Below are positions 1-7,883 of a stretch of 21,924 nt of DNA, piece by piece. The translations under genes were made by a program, and so were the position numbers. Under the pieces are notes generated by a model that saw only the letters and a list, made by a program, of their open reading frames with translations, had not been told where the DNA came from and searched no databases. The DNA comes from an uncultured bacterium (GTDB lineage Bacteria > RBG-13-61-14 > DRUE01). Each line of letters begins with the position of its first letter. The first letter of the stretch is position 1. The stretch is from NCBI GenBank assembly GCA_964553915.1, contig CAZKMM010000028.1, positions 1 to 21,924 on the forward strand, read 5' to 3'.

Positions 1-1
1 A

Positions 2-580
2 ATTTCTTTCATACCTACTTTTTTTTTTCGAAATCCTAAAGAAAAAATTATCATCTGGAGCAATCTCAGCCAAATAAATTTAGACCAGGTCCCTGCTCTT
101 GCTCAACTTGCCCGGGAATTAAAGGTCTTTATTGAGTTTTTTCCTATGGCTCATTTTCCCGGGTTCAATGACCATCTGGTTTTGAATCCCGAGGAAAGGG
201 AAGAGGTCTTCAGCCAGGTTATTTCACTAAAAGCCAAGGGGTATCCTATTCTTAACACTTTTTATTCCCTGAAGCTGATGAAAGATGGAGCAAGATTTCG
301 CTGTAATATGCCCAGATTTTCCCTGCAGATGCTCTGGGATGGCTCGCTCTGGCCCTGCGAGCCCCGGATTTTAAAACCAGAAAATTTATATGGCAATGGA
401 TTAACTTTTGAGCCAAAATCGCTTTCTAAAAGTAAGTCATATCACCTTTTCAGCTCTCAGCTGGAAAATTGCAACCTCTGTTTACTTCCCTGTGTGGCTC
501 ATTTTGCTAATAATTATTGGATTCAAGCTCTGCGAAGATATTTTACTCTGTTGTATTATTTCCATTTTTATCAATTTTAA
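2..580 (+). CDS. 5'-truncated CDS, C-terminal part of a probable radical-SAM/SPASM-domain protein (alternatively a short ORF starting at ATG 146)
   Basis: The frame is open from nt 2 to the stop at 578-580 with no upstream in-frame stop, so the gene probably continues left of the window. The C-terminal region shows a SPASM/twitch-like cysteine pattern (FRCNMP..SLQMLWDGSLWPCEP..LYGNGL...ENCNLCLLPC). It overlaps convergently with spoVG-1 by 38 nt. Confidence 0.4.
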   Translation: MSFIPTFFFRNPKEKIIIWSNLSQINLDQVPALAQLARELKVFIEFFPMAHFPGFNDHLVLNPEEREEVFSQVISLKAKGYPILNTFYSLKLMKDGARFRCNMPRFSLQMLWDGSLWPCEPRILKPENLYGNGLTFEPKSLSKSKSYHLFSSQLENCNLCLLPCVAHFANNYWIQALRRYFTLLYYFHFYQF

Positions 581-860
581 GAGCTTGAGGTGACTCTTTT
601 TCTTCAGAAATGATTGCAAAATATCTTGCCAGAATTTCTTTCTCTATTTTTTCCCTGGTCTCCTGATTTAAAGGATGAACCAAATCCCGCCAGATGCCGT
701 TTTTATCCTTCTTGTTGGGCATTGCCACAAACACCCTCTTCTCCCCCTGAATAATCTTTAAATCATGAACCGCAAAACAGCCATCCAAAACAATGCTTAC
801 ATAAGCCTTAAGCGGACCTGGTTCATAAACCGGATAAATTTTTACCTCGGTGATTTCCAT
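543..860 (-). CDS. spoVG: SpoVG family nucleic-acid-binding regulator (copy 1)
   Basis: The 105-aa product (MEITEVKIYPV...KAYVSIVLDGCFAVHDLKIIQGEKRVFVAMPNKKDKNGIWRDLVHPLNQETREKIEKEIL) aligns along its length to the SpoVG consensus (B. subtilis MEVTDVRLRRV..AIASITLD.EFVVHDIRVI.G..GLFVAMPSKR..DGEFRDI.HPIN..TR.KIQ). ATG at 858-860 with the RBS-like GGAGCGAC 8 nt upstream. Confidence 0.9.
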   Translation of the reverse strand: MEITEVKIYPVYEPGPLKAYVSIVLDGCFAVHDLKIIQGEKRVFVAMPNKKDKNGIWRDLVHPLNQETREKIEKEILARYFAIISEEKESPQALKIDKNGNNTTE

Positions 861-881
861 TTTAGTCGCTCCTCTGGGTAG

Positions 882-915
882 ATATTAAAAGGGAAGGGCT
901 TTATCGCCCTTCCCT
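882..915 (-). terminator. Rho-independent terminator between the two spoVG copies (downstream of spoVG-2)
   Basis: A perfect 10-bp GC-rich stem AGGGAAGGGC/GCCCTTCCCT (890-899 / 906-915) with a 6-nt loop. On the minus strand it is followed by TTTTAATATC. Confidence 0.5.
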
Positions 916-946
916 CAATTCCAGACCCCCATAGAAAAAATCCCGC

Positions 947-1252
947 TCAGGCAGCTTGGAGCGGTCTTCTCTCAATCGGCTCGTTCAATTCTCCCTGCTC
1001 GCTTAAAACCTTCTTATATTCCTCCAGCACCCTCTCCTCAATGTAGTCCCGCATTTTTTGATTGAGTGGATGAGCAATGTCCCGAACCAGACCATCTTTG
1101 CGCTTCTTGTTGGGCATTGCCACAAAATATCCCTTCTGAGCCTTGATCACCTTCAGGTCTCGAACCACAAAGCAGTCATCAAAAGTGATGGTCACATAAG
1201 CTTTTAATTTCTCCTCATTGACCGGGTACACCACAATATTAGTGATTTCCAT
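947..1252 (-). CDS. spoVG: SpoVG family nucleic-acid-binding regulator (copy 2)
   Basis: The 101-aa product (MEITNIVVYPVNEEKLKAYVTITFDDCFVVRDLKVIKAQKGYFVAMPNKKRKDGLVRDIAHPLNQKMRDYIEERVLEEY) is the SpoVG fold and a paralogue of copy 1. Strong RBS AAGGAGGAG before ATG 1250-1252. Confidence 0.9.
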   Translation of the reverse strand: MEITNIVVYPVNEEKLKAYVTITFDDCFVVRDLKVIKAQKGYFVAMPNKKRKDGLVRDIAHPLNQKMRDYIEERVLEEYKKVLSEQGELNEPIERRPLQAA

Positions 1253-1283
1253 TGCTACTCCTCCTTTCTCTGGTTGTTATTCT

Positions 1284-1311
1284 GGTATTTTCTATGCAGA
1301 AACCGTGCCAA
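1284..1311 (-). promoter_or_regulatory. Candidate sigma-54 (-24/-12) promoter for spoVG-2
   Basis: The minus-strand sequence cTTGGCACGgtttCTGCAt (reverse complement of 1294-1312) matches the sigma-54 consensus TGGCACG-N4-TTGCW. The GG/GC spacing is correct and there is one mismatch (C for T at the first base of the -12 element). The predicted TSS is about 30 nt upstream of the spoVG-2 ATG. Confidence 0.35.
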
Positions 1312-1645
1312 GTTTTTAAAAAAATTTTTTCTTTTATTTTCAAGCACTTATAAGGAGAAAAGCTGACGGGAAATTGTTTTGAACCGGTTTTTAACAGGCT
1401 ACGCTATTTTTGGTATAACTATTTGAAAATAAAAGAAAATTTTGCAGAGGGAAAGGAGATGGTTTAAAAATAATGTCTCATTTCTGTTTCACTAATTAGC
1501 AAGATATTAAAAGAAAACCTAAAATTCTTTAGAGCTTACCTGATTTTATCTTTGATTGAATGAGGATTCATTCAAAAGTTGTCTCATAATTTTTACAAAT
1601 GAAACATATTTGAGACAATTGCCAGAGCAGAAATGTAAAAGCGAA

Positions 1646-2575
1646 TTAAAAAATGATTTTGACCAAAATCTTTTTCTCTATAGCAACAATTCTTGCATCC
1701 CGAGTTTTTCCCTTCAGCTCCACCACTACCCTGGTCTTATCCGGATAAATTCCCACCCGAATTTGCCGGACCTTATCGGTGTTTACTGAAAACACTCTCC
1801 TTTTAAGCTGATATCCGGCGCCAAAAATATCTATAACAATTCTCTCAGGACGGGTCAGGCTTTCCACCCGATAGTCTTTAAATTCCCCATCTCCGTTAAT
1901 AATTACCTCAAAGCTTGTTTCTAAGGAGCGATAGGTTATATCTGTAACATTTTTTGCTGGAGGGAGTTTTTCTATCTGGGAAGGCTCCGGGAGAATCTCT
2001 TTAAGCATTTCTTTGGCTTCTTTTTCCTCTCCCGGCTCCACCGGCACCGCCACTTTTTTCTCCGGACCACCTTCCGGACTGATCACCAGCTTCTGGATTT
2101 TGGGATAAAGCTCTTTGGGAATTTCTACCTTTTCTTTTTTTTCTGGTTTTTTCCGTTTGATTTCTTCCAGTTTCAGCTCCGCCCCAAACCCGGTGCTGGA
2201 AATCTGATAGGTAATATTCTGGTTCAAAAAAGCTATGATTCTTACCGCCTTCTCTTCCTTTTCCTCTTCTCCAGCGGGTTTAATCTTAATCTCCTTCACC
2301 TGATAGGAAGAAACAAGACCTCCTACTTCTGCCTGGGCGGGAACTTTTTTGCCCAACTCACAATTGCTAACTGTAATAATCAAACGAGTCGGATTATAAA
2401 GAACAAATGCCCCGGGTTGCAGGGAACGGTCCGCATAAATTTTTATGATATTTCCTTCTACTTCTATCTGATTAATGGTTGCCGGGGGCACCTCCTCTGG
2501 CTCTCCCACCTGACAGCCGTTCAAAAACAGCCAGATTCCCAAGCCTAAGATTATTCCCAGCCGTCCTGCTTTCAT
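1646..2575 (-). CDS. Lipoprotein with two AMIN-like domains separated by a Lys/Glu-rich low-complexity linker
   Basis: Signal peptide plus lipobox (LFLNGC). There is an N-terminal AMIN-like segment (NIIKIYADRSL...PTRLIITV) and a C-terminal one (TRPERIVIDIFGAG...RQIRVGIYPDKTRVVVEL). The linker is EEEKEEK...KRKKPEKKEKVEIPKE...GEEKEAKE. RBS GGGGGT 8 nt before ATG 2573-2575. It is the last gene of the minus-strand envelope operon. Confidence 0.6.
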   Translation of the reverse strand: MKAGRLGIILGLGIWLFLNGCQVGEPEEVPPATINQIEVEGNIIKIYADRSLQPGAFVLYNPTRLIITVSNCELGKKVPAQAEVGGLVSSYQVKEIKIKPAGEEEKEEKAVRIIAFLNQNITYQISSTGFGAELKLEEIKRKKPEKKEKVEIPKELYPKIQKLVISPEGGPEKKVAVPVEPGEEKEAKEMLKEILPEPSQIEKLPPAKNVTDITYRSLETSFEVIINGDGEFKDYRVESLTRPERIVIDIFGAGYQLKRRVFSVNTDKVRQIRVGIYPDKTRVVVELKGKTRDARIVAIEKKILVKIIF

Positions 2576-2601
2576 TTTTTATACCCCCGGTTAAAAGTTG
2601 C

Positions 2602-4158
2602 TTATTTGGAGATAATCTTGAATTCCACCCTCCGGTTGAGCTGTCTGCCTTCATCCGTGGCATTGCTGGCAATGGGTCTGCTTTCTCCGTATCCCACCAC
2701 CACCAGCCGTTTCGGGGCGATTCCGCCCACTTCCACCAGATAATCCCGCACCGCTTTGGCTCGTGCCCGGCTCAGGCAGATATTATATTCATCAGAACCT
2801 TTGGAATCAGTATGCCCGGCAATTTCTATTTTCATTGTCGGATTCTCCTGAAGAAGCCGGATTAAATTATTCAGCTCTGCTTTGGACTCAGGGCGAAGGG
2901 TTGCCTTATCAAAATCAAAGTAAATATTATGCAGAACCACCACCTCACCCACTCTAAGCGGGCTTAAAAGGATATTTTTCTCTACCTCCTGATATGCCTG
3001 GTCCACTGGAACCACAAACCGCTCGGAATGAAAAGCATAACCCTTGGCATAGGCGCTCAGGTTATAATCTGCGCCCACAGTCAAAATCACTTTATAACTT
3101 CCATCCGGCTTGGTTTTCCCCAGATAAATTTCTTTATCGGTCTTACTTTCTGAAATTCTAATTACCGCTTCTATAGGCTTGCAGGTAGTAATATCATAAA
3201 CCTTGATTCCCAGTTTCGGGTCTATGCTCGGCGGAGCACAGGTGCTTTTATCCGCAACAACTCCATAAACCAGAGTTAAACCTTTGGGAGGAGCAATCTG
3301 TGGAACCGGGATGGCATAAATATCTTCCAGTCCAAGGGTATCGGAACGATTAGAAGAAAAATATGCCAAATCTCCACTGGCTGGGATGGTAAAATAAATA
3401 TCTTTATCTGGAGAATTGACTGTGGGACCGAGGTTGATCGGTCTGGTCCATCCCTGAGGGGTTTTTCTGCTCATAAAGATATCTGAGCTTCCCAGCCCGC
3501 CGTGCCCATCTGAGCTGAAATACAGGGTCACGCCGTCAAAATGCATAAAAACATAGATTTCATTTTCCGGGGTATTAATGGTGGAACCGAGATTTTCCGG
3601 CTCACTCCAGCTACCATCCGGCTGTTTATGAGAGACCCAGATGTCATACCCTCCCAGTCCATCCGGGCGGGTGGAAACAAAATAAAGGTCTTTGCCATCC
3701 GGGGAGATGGAAGCATTATATTCTCCGTATTTGGTATTAATAGGAGGACCGAGATTTTTCGGCTCAGACCATTTATCGCCTTCCCGGTAGGTCACGCAGA
3801 TGTCGCACATTCCCACTCCATCCGGGCGGTTGCAACAGGTAAAATACATTGTCTGCTCGTCCACAGTAAAGCAGTCCGGACCTTCATTCATCTCAGTATT
3901 AAATGGGGCTCCGATATTTTCTGGCTCGCCCCATTCTCCAGCAACCTTTTTGCTCATCCATCCATCCTGACCACCAAATCCGCTGGGACGGTCAGAAGTG
4001 AAATAAAGGGTTTTTCCATCTGCGCTGACAATCGGAGCGATCTCAGAATACTTGGAGTTGACCACTGAGCTAAGATTGATCGGTCCGATGGTATCCTGAG
4101 AAAATAAAGCCACCGCTACCAGCATTAAAAAAAATCCGCTGAGCTTAATCGTCTTCAT
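2602..4158 (-). CDS. OmpA-family outer-membrane protein with N-terminal TolB-like PD40 beta-propeller repeats and a CarboxypepD_reg-like domain
   Basis: Signal peptide, then about five PD40-type repeats (LYFTSDRPSGFGGQDGW, MYFTCCNRPDGVGMCDI, LYFVSTRPDGLGGYDIW, LYFSSDGHGGLGSSDIF, AYFSSNRSDTLGLEDIY). A C-terminal OmpA/MotB peptidoglycan-binding domain follows (NIYFDFDKATLRPESKAELNNL...IEIAGHTDSKGSDEYNICLSRARAKAVRDYL...RRVEF). RBS AGGGGGGAAAG before ATG 4156-4158. Confidence 0.85.
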   Translation of the reverse strand: MKTIKLSGFFLMLVAVALFSQDTIGPINLSSVVNSKYSEIAPIVSADGKTLYFTSDRPSGFGGQDGWMSKKVAGEWGEPENIGAPFNTEMNEGPDCFTVDEQTMYFTCCNRPDGVGMCDICVTYREGDKWSEPKNLGPPINTKYGEYNASISPDGKDLYFVSTRPDGLGGYDIWVSHKQPDGSWSEPENLGSTINTPENEIYVFMHFDGVTLYFSSDGHGGLGSSDIFMSRKTPQGWTRPINLGPTVNSPDKDIYFTIPASGDLAYFSSNRSDTLGLEDIYAIPVPQIAPPKGLTLVYGVVADKSTCAPPSIDPKLGIKVYDITTCKPIEAVIRISESKTDKEIYLGKTKPDGSYKVILTVGADYNLSAYAKGYAFHSERFVVPVDQAYQEVEKNILLSPLRVGEVVVLHNIYFDFDKATLRPESKAELNNLIRLLQENPTMKIEIAGHTDSKGSDEYNICLSRARAKAVRDYLVEVGGIAPKRLVVVGYGESRPIASNATDEGRQLNRRVEFKIISK

Positions 4159-4167
4159 CTTTCCCCC

Positions 4168-5511
4168 CTATCTGGCAAGGACTGTGATTTCTACCCGGCG
4201 ATTTTTGGGATTACCCCGCCTGGGGTCATTGGGAGCTACAGGTCTGGTATCACCAAAATAAGCAACCAGAACCTGCTCCGGGTTCACCCCGTTTTCTATC
4301 AGCCAGTTTTTAACCGTATCTGCCCGGTTTTTGCTCAGAACTAAATTATAAAGCTCATCACCGAGATTATCAGTATGCCCTCCTACCTCTATTTTCTTCT
4401 CTGAATTGGCTTTCAGCCAGTTTATCCAGGGCTCAAGCACTCTTTTGGCATCTTCAGTTAGCTCCGCACTATCAAAGTTAAAATAAATCGTGTTGGCAAT
4501 TTTCGGCTGTTCCACTTTTACCACCGGGCAGAAGCGTTTACGGAAAACATCTGCCAGGTCCCCAATTGCCGGCACTGCTGGGGGAGGATTGCTGGCATAG
4601 GCAAGTTTACGAAGCTCAATTTCTTCCGGGGTGTAAATCTCGCTCAAGGGAATCATATAGATATTATCATCTCCTTCTGCATCAGAATTAAAAAAGGCAT
4701 AATCTGAATTTAAGGCAATATAAAAATACTGGTCATTCCCCTCACTGTTTACAGGTTCCAGAGGAATAATCTTTCCCCATCTGTTTTTCCCCAATTTCTT
4801 TACCTTAAAAATATCTGCTCCGCCCTTTCCTCGGTGTCCATTAGAAGAAAAGAAAAGCCAGCCAGTAGGATAATCATAAAATCCCATTATCTCTGATTCT
4901 TCAGTATTGATGGGCTTTCCCAGATTTACCGGCTCATTCCAGGTGCCATCGGGATTTCGTTGAGCATACCAGATGTCCAGACTGGCTTCTCCCGGTCTTC
5001 CCCGAGAACCCAGCCCCCCGCTCCGGCTGGAAGTAAAGTATAAAATGTTTTCTTTGGGGTCAAAAAAGGCATTGAATTCGTTATATTCAGTATTGATTGG
5101 GGGACCGAGGTTTTTCGGCTCGGTCCAGGAGCCATCAGGATTATAAACCGAAACATAAATATCGCATCCGCCTAGACCATCCGGGCGGTTGCATAAAGAT
5201 ACATACATATAAATCCGCTCCTGGTCATAGGTGAAGGTATCCGGACCTTCATTAGCCGGAGAATTGAGCGGAGCGTTTAAGACTATTGGCTCGGTCCACT
5301 GCCCATCCAGAAAATGGCTTACCCAGACATCCTGCCCGCCCATACCATCCGGACGGTCAGAGGTAAAATATAGAACCGAACCATCCGGGCTAAGCACAGG
5401 AGCAAAATCAGAGTATTTACTGTTAATATCAGCCTGCATTTGGTTTACTTTTGATGAAAATCCAGAGGAAAGGACTCCGAATAAAATTATTAAAAAAACA
5501 TACCTGCCCAT
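4168..5511 (-). CDS. OmpA-family outer-membrane protein with N-terminal TolB-like PD40 repeats (paralogue of 2602-4158)
   Basis: Signal peptide, then PD40 repeats (LYFTSDRPDGMGGQDVW, IYMYVSLCNRPDGLGGCDIY, LYFTSSRSGGLGSRGRPGEASLDIW, LFFSSNGHRGKGGADIF). C-terminal OmpA domain (TIYFNFDSAELTEDAKRVL...IEVGGHTDNLGDELYNLVLSKNRADTV...NRRVEI). RBS GGGGGG before ATG 5509-5511. Its stop lies 9 nt from the next gene start. Confidence 0.85.
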   Translation of the reverse strand: MGRYVFLIILFGVLSSGFSSKVNQMQADINSKYSDFAPVLSPDGSVLYFTSDRPDGMGGQDVWVSHFLDGQWTEPIVLNAPLNSPANEGPDTFTYDQERIYMYVSLCNRPDGLGGCDIYVSVYNPDGSWTEPKNLGPPINTEYNEFNAFFDPKENILYFTSSRSGGLGSRGRPGEASLDIWYAQRNPDGTWNEPVNLGKPINTEESEIMGFYDYPTGWLFFSSNGHRGKGGADIFKVKKLGKNRWGKIIPLEPVNSEGNDQYFYIALNSDYAFFNSDAEGDDNIYMIPLSEIYTPEEIELRKLAYASNPPPAVPAIGDLADVFRKRFCPVVKVEQPKIANTIYFNFDSAELTEDAKRVLEPWINWLKANSEKKIEVGGHTDNLGDELYNLVLSKNRADTVKNWLIENGVNPEQVLVAYFGDTRPVAPNDPRRGNPKNRRVEITVLAR

Positions 5512-5544
5512 AAATCCCCCCTTATTAGCCTTTAACTTTATAAA

Positions 5545-5573
5545 AATCTAACATTTTTGCCGGGCTATGTCAA
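5545..5573 (-). promoter_or_regulatory. Candidate sigma-70 promoter for the PD40-OmpA / AMIN operon
   Basis: On the minus strand, TTGACA (reverse complement of 5568-5573), a 17-nt spacer, then TAGATT (reverse complement of 5545-5550). The predicted TSS is about 26 nt upstream of the GGGGGG RBS and ATG 5511. Confidence 0.4.
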
Positions 5574-5658
5574 ACCAAAACTCTTAAAATTTTTTAAGCT
5601 TCAAAACCCTTTAAATTCTCCTAGAAAAAAATTTAAACAACGGGCAGGGAAAAATTCT

Positions 5659-5686
5659 TTGCATTTTTTTTTAATTGGAATACAAT
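5659..5686 (+). promoter_or_regulatory. Candidate sigma-70 promoter for the MBL-hydrolase/purB/purF transcription unit
   Basis: TTGCAT (5659-5664), a 16-nt spacer, then TACAAT (5681-5686), about 50 nt upstream of ATG 5739 in the divergent intergenic region. Confidence 0.35.
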
Positions 5687-5738
5687 TGAGTGAAGTCAAT
5701 TTTTAAAAACGGAAGGAAGCGGAGAGAGTGGTCAGCAG

Positions 5739-6497
5739 ATGAAGGTAAGTGTGCTGGCAAGCGGAAGCCGGGGTAATGCTTTTCTGATTCGGGCAGGGAA
5801 AGAAGCAATTTTAGTTGATGCTGGACTGGGCGGTATTACTCTTAAAAATCGGCTTCAGGCGCTGGGAGAATCTTTAGAAGGGCTCTGTGCGATTTTTCTC
5901 TCTCACGAGCATATAGACCACATTCGGGGGGTGGAGTTTTTATGCAAGAATTTTTCTGTGCCCATCTTTGCCACAGAAGGCACCTGGGAAAAAATCCAGC
6001 TTCCTGCTCCTGCTAAAAAGGTGATTATTAAAGCTGGAGAAAAAATTTTGCTCAACGGATTTGAGGTGCGGGCATTTCGTCTTCCCCACGATGCCCGGGA
6101 ACCAGTGGGATTTGTCATAGAAGGGTTTGGGCATCGGCTGAGCCTGGCAACTGACCTGGGCTCCATCAATGCTCTGGTCAAAGAACGGCTGAAAGGAGCG
6201 GAGCTGGTAATTCTGGAATCCAACCACGACCCGAAGATGCTTAAAGCAGGACCTTATCCCTGGGCACTAAAACAGCGGATATTGAGCCGGTTCGGACATT
6301 TATCCAATCAGGATTGTGGCAGAACCCTTTCCGAGCTTGAATTTGGAGCTTTAAGACAGGTGGTGCTGGCACACTTAAGCCAGACCAATAATACTCCCCA
6401 GCTGGCATATCAAACCGTCAGAGAGTATCTGGGGGAGCAGGTGGAATTAAAGCTCAGCTCTCAGGACCGGCCCGGACCAGTGATAGAGCTGAAATAG
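5739..6497 (+). CDS. MBL-fold metallo-hydrolase, YycJ/WalJ-like
   Basis: N-terminal MKVSVLASGSRGNAFLI...ILVDAGL and the metallo-beta-lactamase motif SHEHIDHIRG (HxHxDH). The length (252 aa) and overall pattern resemble the YycJ family. The stop is 10 nt before purB. Confidence 0.8.
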   Translation: MKVSVLASGSRGNAFLIRAGKEAILVDAGLGGITLKNRLQALGESLEGLCAIFLSHEHIDHIRGVEFLCKNFSVPIFATEGTWEKIQLPAPAKKVIIKAGEKILLNGFEVRAFRLPHDAREPVGFVIEGFGHRLSLATDLGSINALVKERLKGAELVILESNHDPKMLKAGPYPWALKQRILSRFGHLSNQDCGRTLSELEFGALRQVVLAHLSQTNNTPQLAYQTVREYLGEQVELKLSSQDRPGPVIELK

Positions 6498-6507
6498 GAG
6501 GAGGAAG

Positions 6508-7806
6508 ATGATTCCTCGCTATACCCGGGAGGAAATGGCAAAAATCTGGTCTGAAGAAGAAAAGCTAAAAATCTGGCTGGAGATAGAGCTTTTAGCCATA
6601 GAGGCTCTGGCGGAGCTGGGGAAAATCTCCAGAGAAGAAGCAGAGCAGGCAAGGAAAAGAGCCCGGTTCAGCATAGAAGAAGTTAAAGCCAAAGAAGAGG
6701 TCACCAAACACGATGTCGCGGCTTTTGTGGATGTGGTGGGAGAGAGTCTGGGCGAGCTGGCAAAATACCTTCATCTGGGAATGACCAGCTCTGACCTCTT
6801 GGATACCACTTTTTCCCTGCAACTGCTTCGGGCAGGTGAGATTATTCTTAAGGACCTGAATCGGCTTCTAGAAATTCTTAAAAATCGGGCAATGGAGCAT
6901 AAATATACAATGATGGTCGGAAGAACCCACGGGGTTCATTCTGAGCCGGTCAGCTTTGGGCTGGTTCTGGCAAGGTTTTATGATGAATTCTCCCGGCATA
7001 AAGAAAGACTTTTAAATGCCCAAAAAGAGCTAAAAGTAGGAATGCTCTCCGGCGCGGTAGGAGATTATTTTCACTTAGACCCGAAGAGCGAAGAATATGT
7101 AATGAAAAAGCTCGGGCTGGAGCCAGCACCAGTCTCCAGCCAGATTATCTCCCGGGACCGCTATGCTTATTTTTTTCAGGTGCTGGCTTTAATTGCCAGT
7201 AGTGTGGAGCATCTTGCCCTGCAAATCCGCCATTTCCAGAGAACCGAGGTTTTAGAAGCTGAGGAATATTTCTCTCCCGGACAAAAAGGCTCCAGCGCTA
7301 TGCCTCACAAAAGAAATCCGATTTTAAGCGAGAATTTGTGCGGTCTTGCCCGCCTGGTGCGGGCTTATGCTCAGGCATCTCTGGAGAATATCCCCCTGTG
7401 GCACGAGCGGGACATCAGCCATTCTTCAGTGGAACGGGTGATAGCTCCGGATGCCACGATTCTGGTGGATTTTATGCTCAACCGCCTCTCCGGGGTGATG
7501 GAAAAACTGCTGGTATATCCGGAGCGAATGAAAAAGAATTTAGAACTTACCCGGGGATTAATTTTCTCAGAAGGGGTGATGCTGAAATTGATGGAAAAAG
7601 GTCTTGTCAGAGCCGAAGCTTATGCTCTGGTGCAGAGATGTGCAATGAGGTGCTGGCAGGAGGAAGATAAGAATTTTCAGGAGATTTTACTTTCTGACCC
7701 GGAAATAAAAAAACACCTCAGTCCAGATGAAATTAAAAAGTGTTTTGACCTTTCTCAGCTCAAGCCCAAAATAGATTACATCTTTTCCCGAGTTTTTGAA
7801 TCTTAA
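6508..7806 (+). CDS. purB: Adenylosuccinate lyase
   Basis: 432 aa with the fumarate-lyase superfamily signature GSSAMPHKRNP. The N-terminal MIPRYTREEMAKIWSEE... is typical of PurB. RBS GGAGGAGGAAG precedes the ATG. Confidence 0.93.
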   Translation: MIPRYTREEMAKIWSEEEKLKIWLEIELLAIEALAELGKISREEAEQARKRARFSIEEVKAKEEVTKHDVAAFVDVVGESLGELAKYLHLGMTSSDLLDTTFSLQLLRAGEIILKDLNRLLEILKNRAMEHKYTMMVGRTHGVHSEPVSFGLVLARFYDEFSRHKERLLNAQKELKVGMLSGAVGDYFHLDPKSEEYVMKKLGLEPAPVSSQIISRDRYAYFFQVLALIASSVEHLALQIRHFQRTEVLEAEEYFSPGQKGSSAMPHKRNPILSENLCGLARLVRAYAQASLENIPLWHERDISHSSVERVIAPDATILVDFMLNRLSGVMEKLLVYPERMKKNLELTRGLIFSEGVMLKLMEKGLVRAEAYALVQRCAMRCWQEEDKNFQEILLSDPEIKKHLSPDEIKKCFDLSQLKPKIDYIFSRVFES

Positions 7807-7883
7807 AAAGGGGAGAAAAACGAAAGATAAAAAGCAAAATATCAAAGACCGAGTTCCAAACAGCCCGGCCGGGAGGAGAAGCG

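Noticed and set aside
3541-4068. 175-aa plus-strand ORF inside the PD40-OmpA gene (similar antisense ORFs at 2479-2865, 4926-5156 and 5231-5551)
   Set aside because: It is fully antisense to a well-supported CDS with clear domain architecture. It has no RBS and an odd composition (mirror-image codon bias). It is a shadow ORF.
7807-7883. Possible purine riboswitch between purB and purF
   Set aside because: The spacer is only 77 nt. It contains just a short GC palindrome (CCCGGCCGGG) and none of the conserved purine-aptamer features. Co-transcription is more likely.
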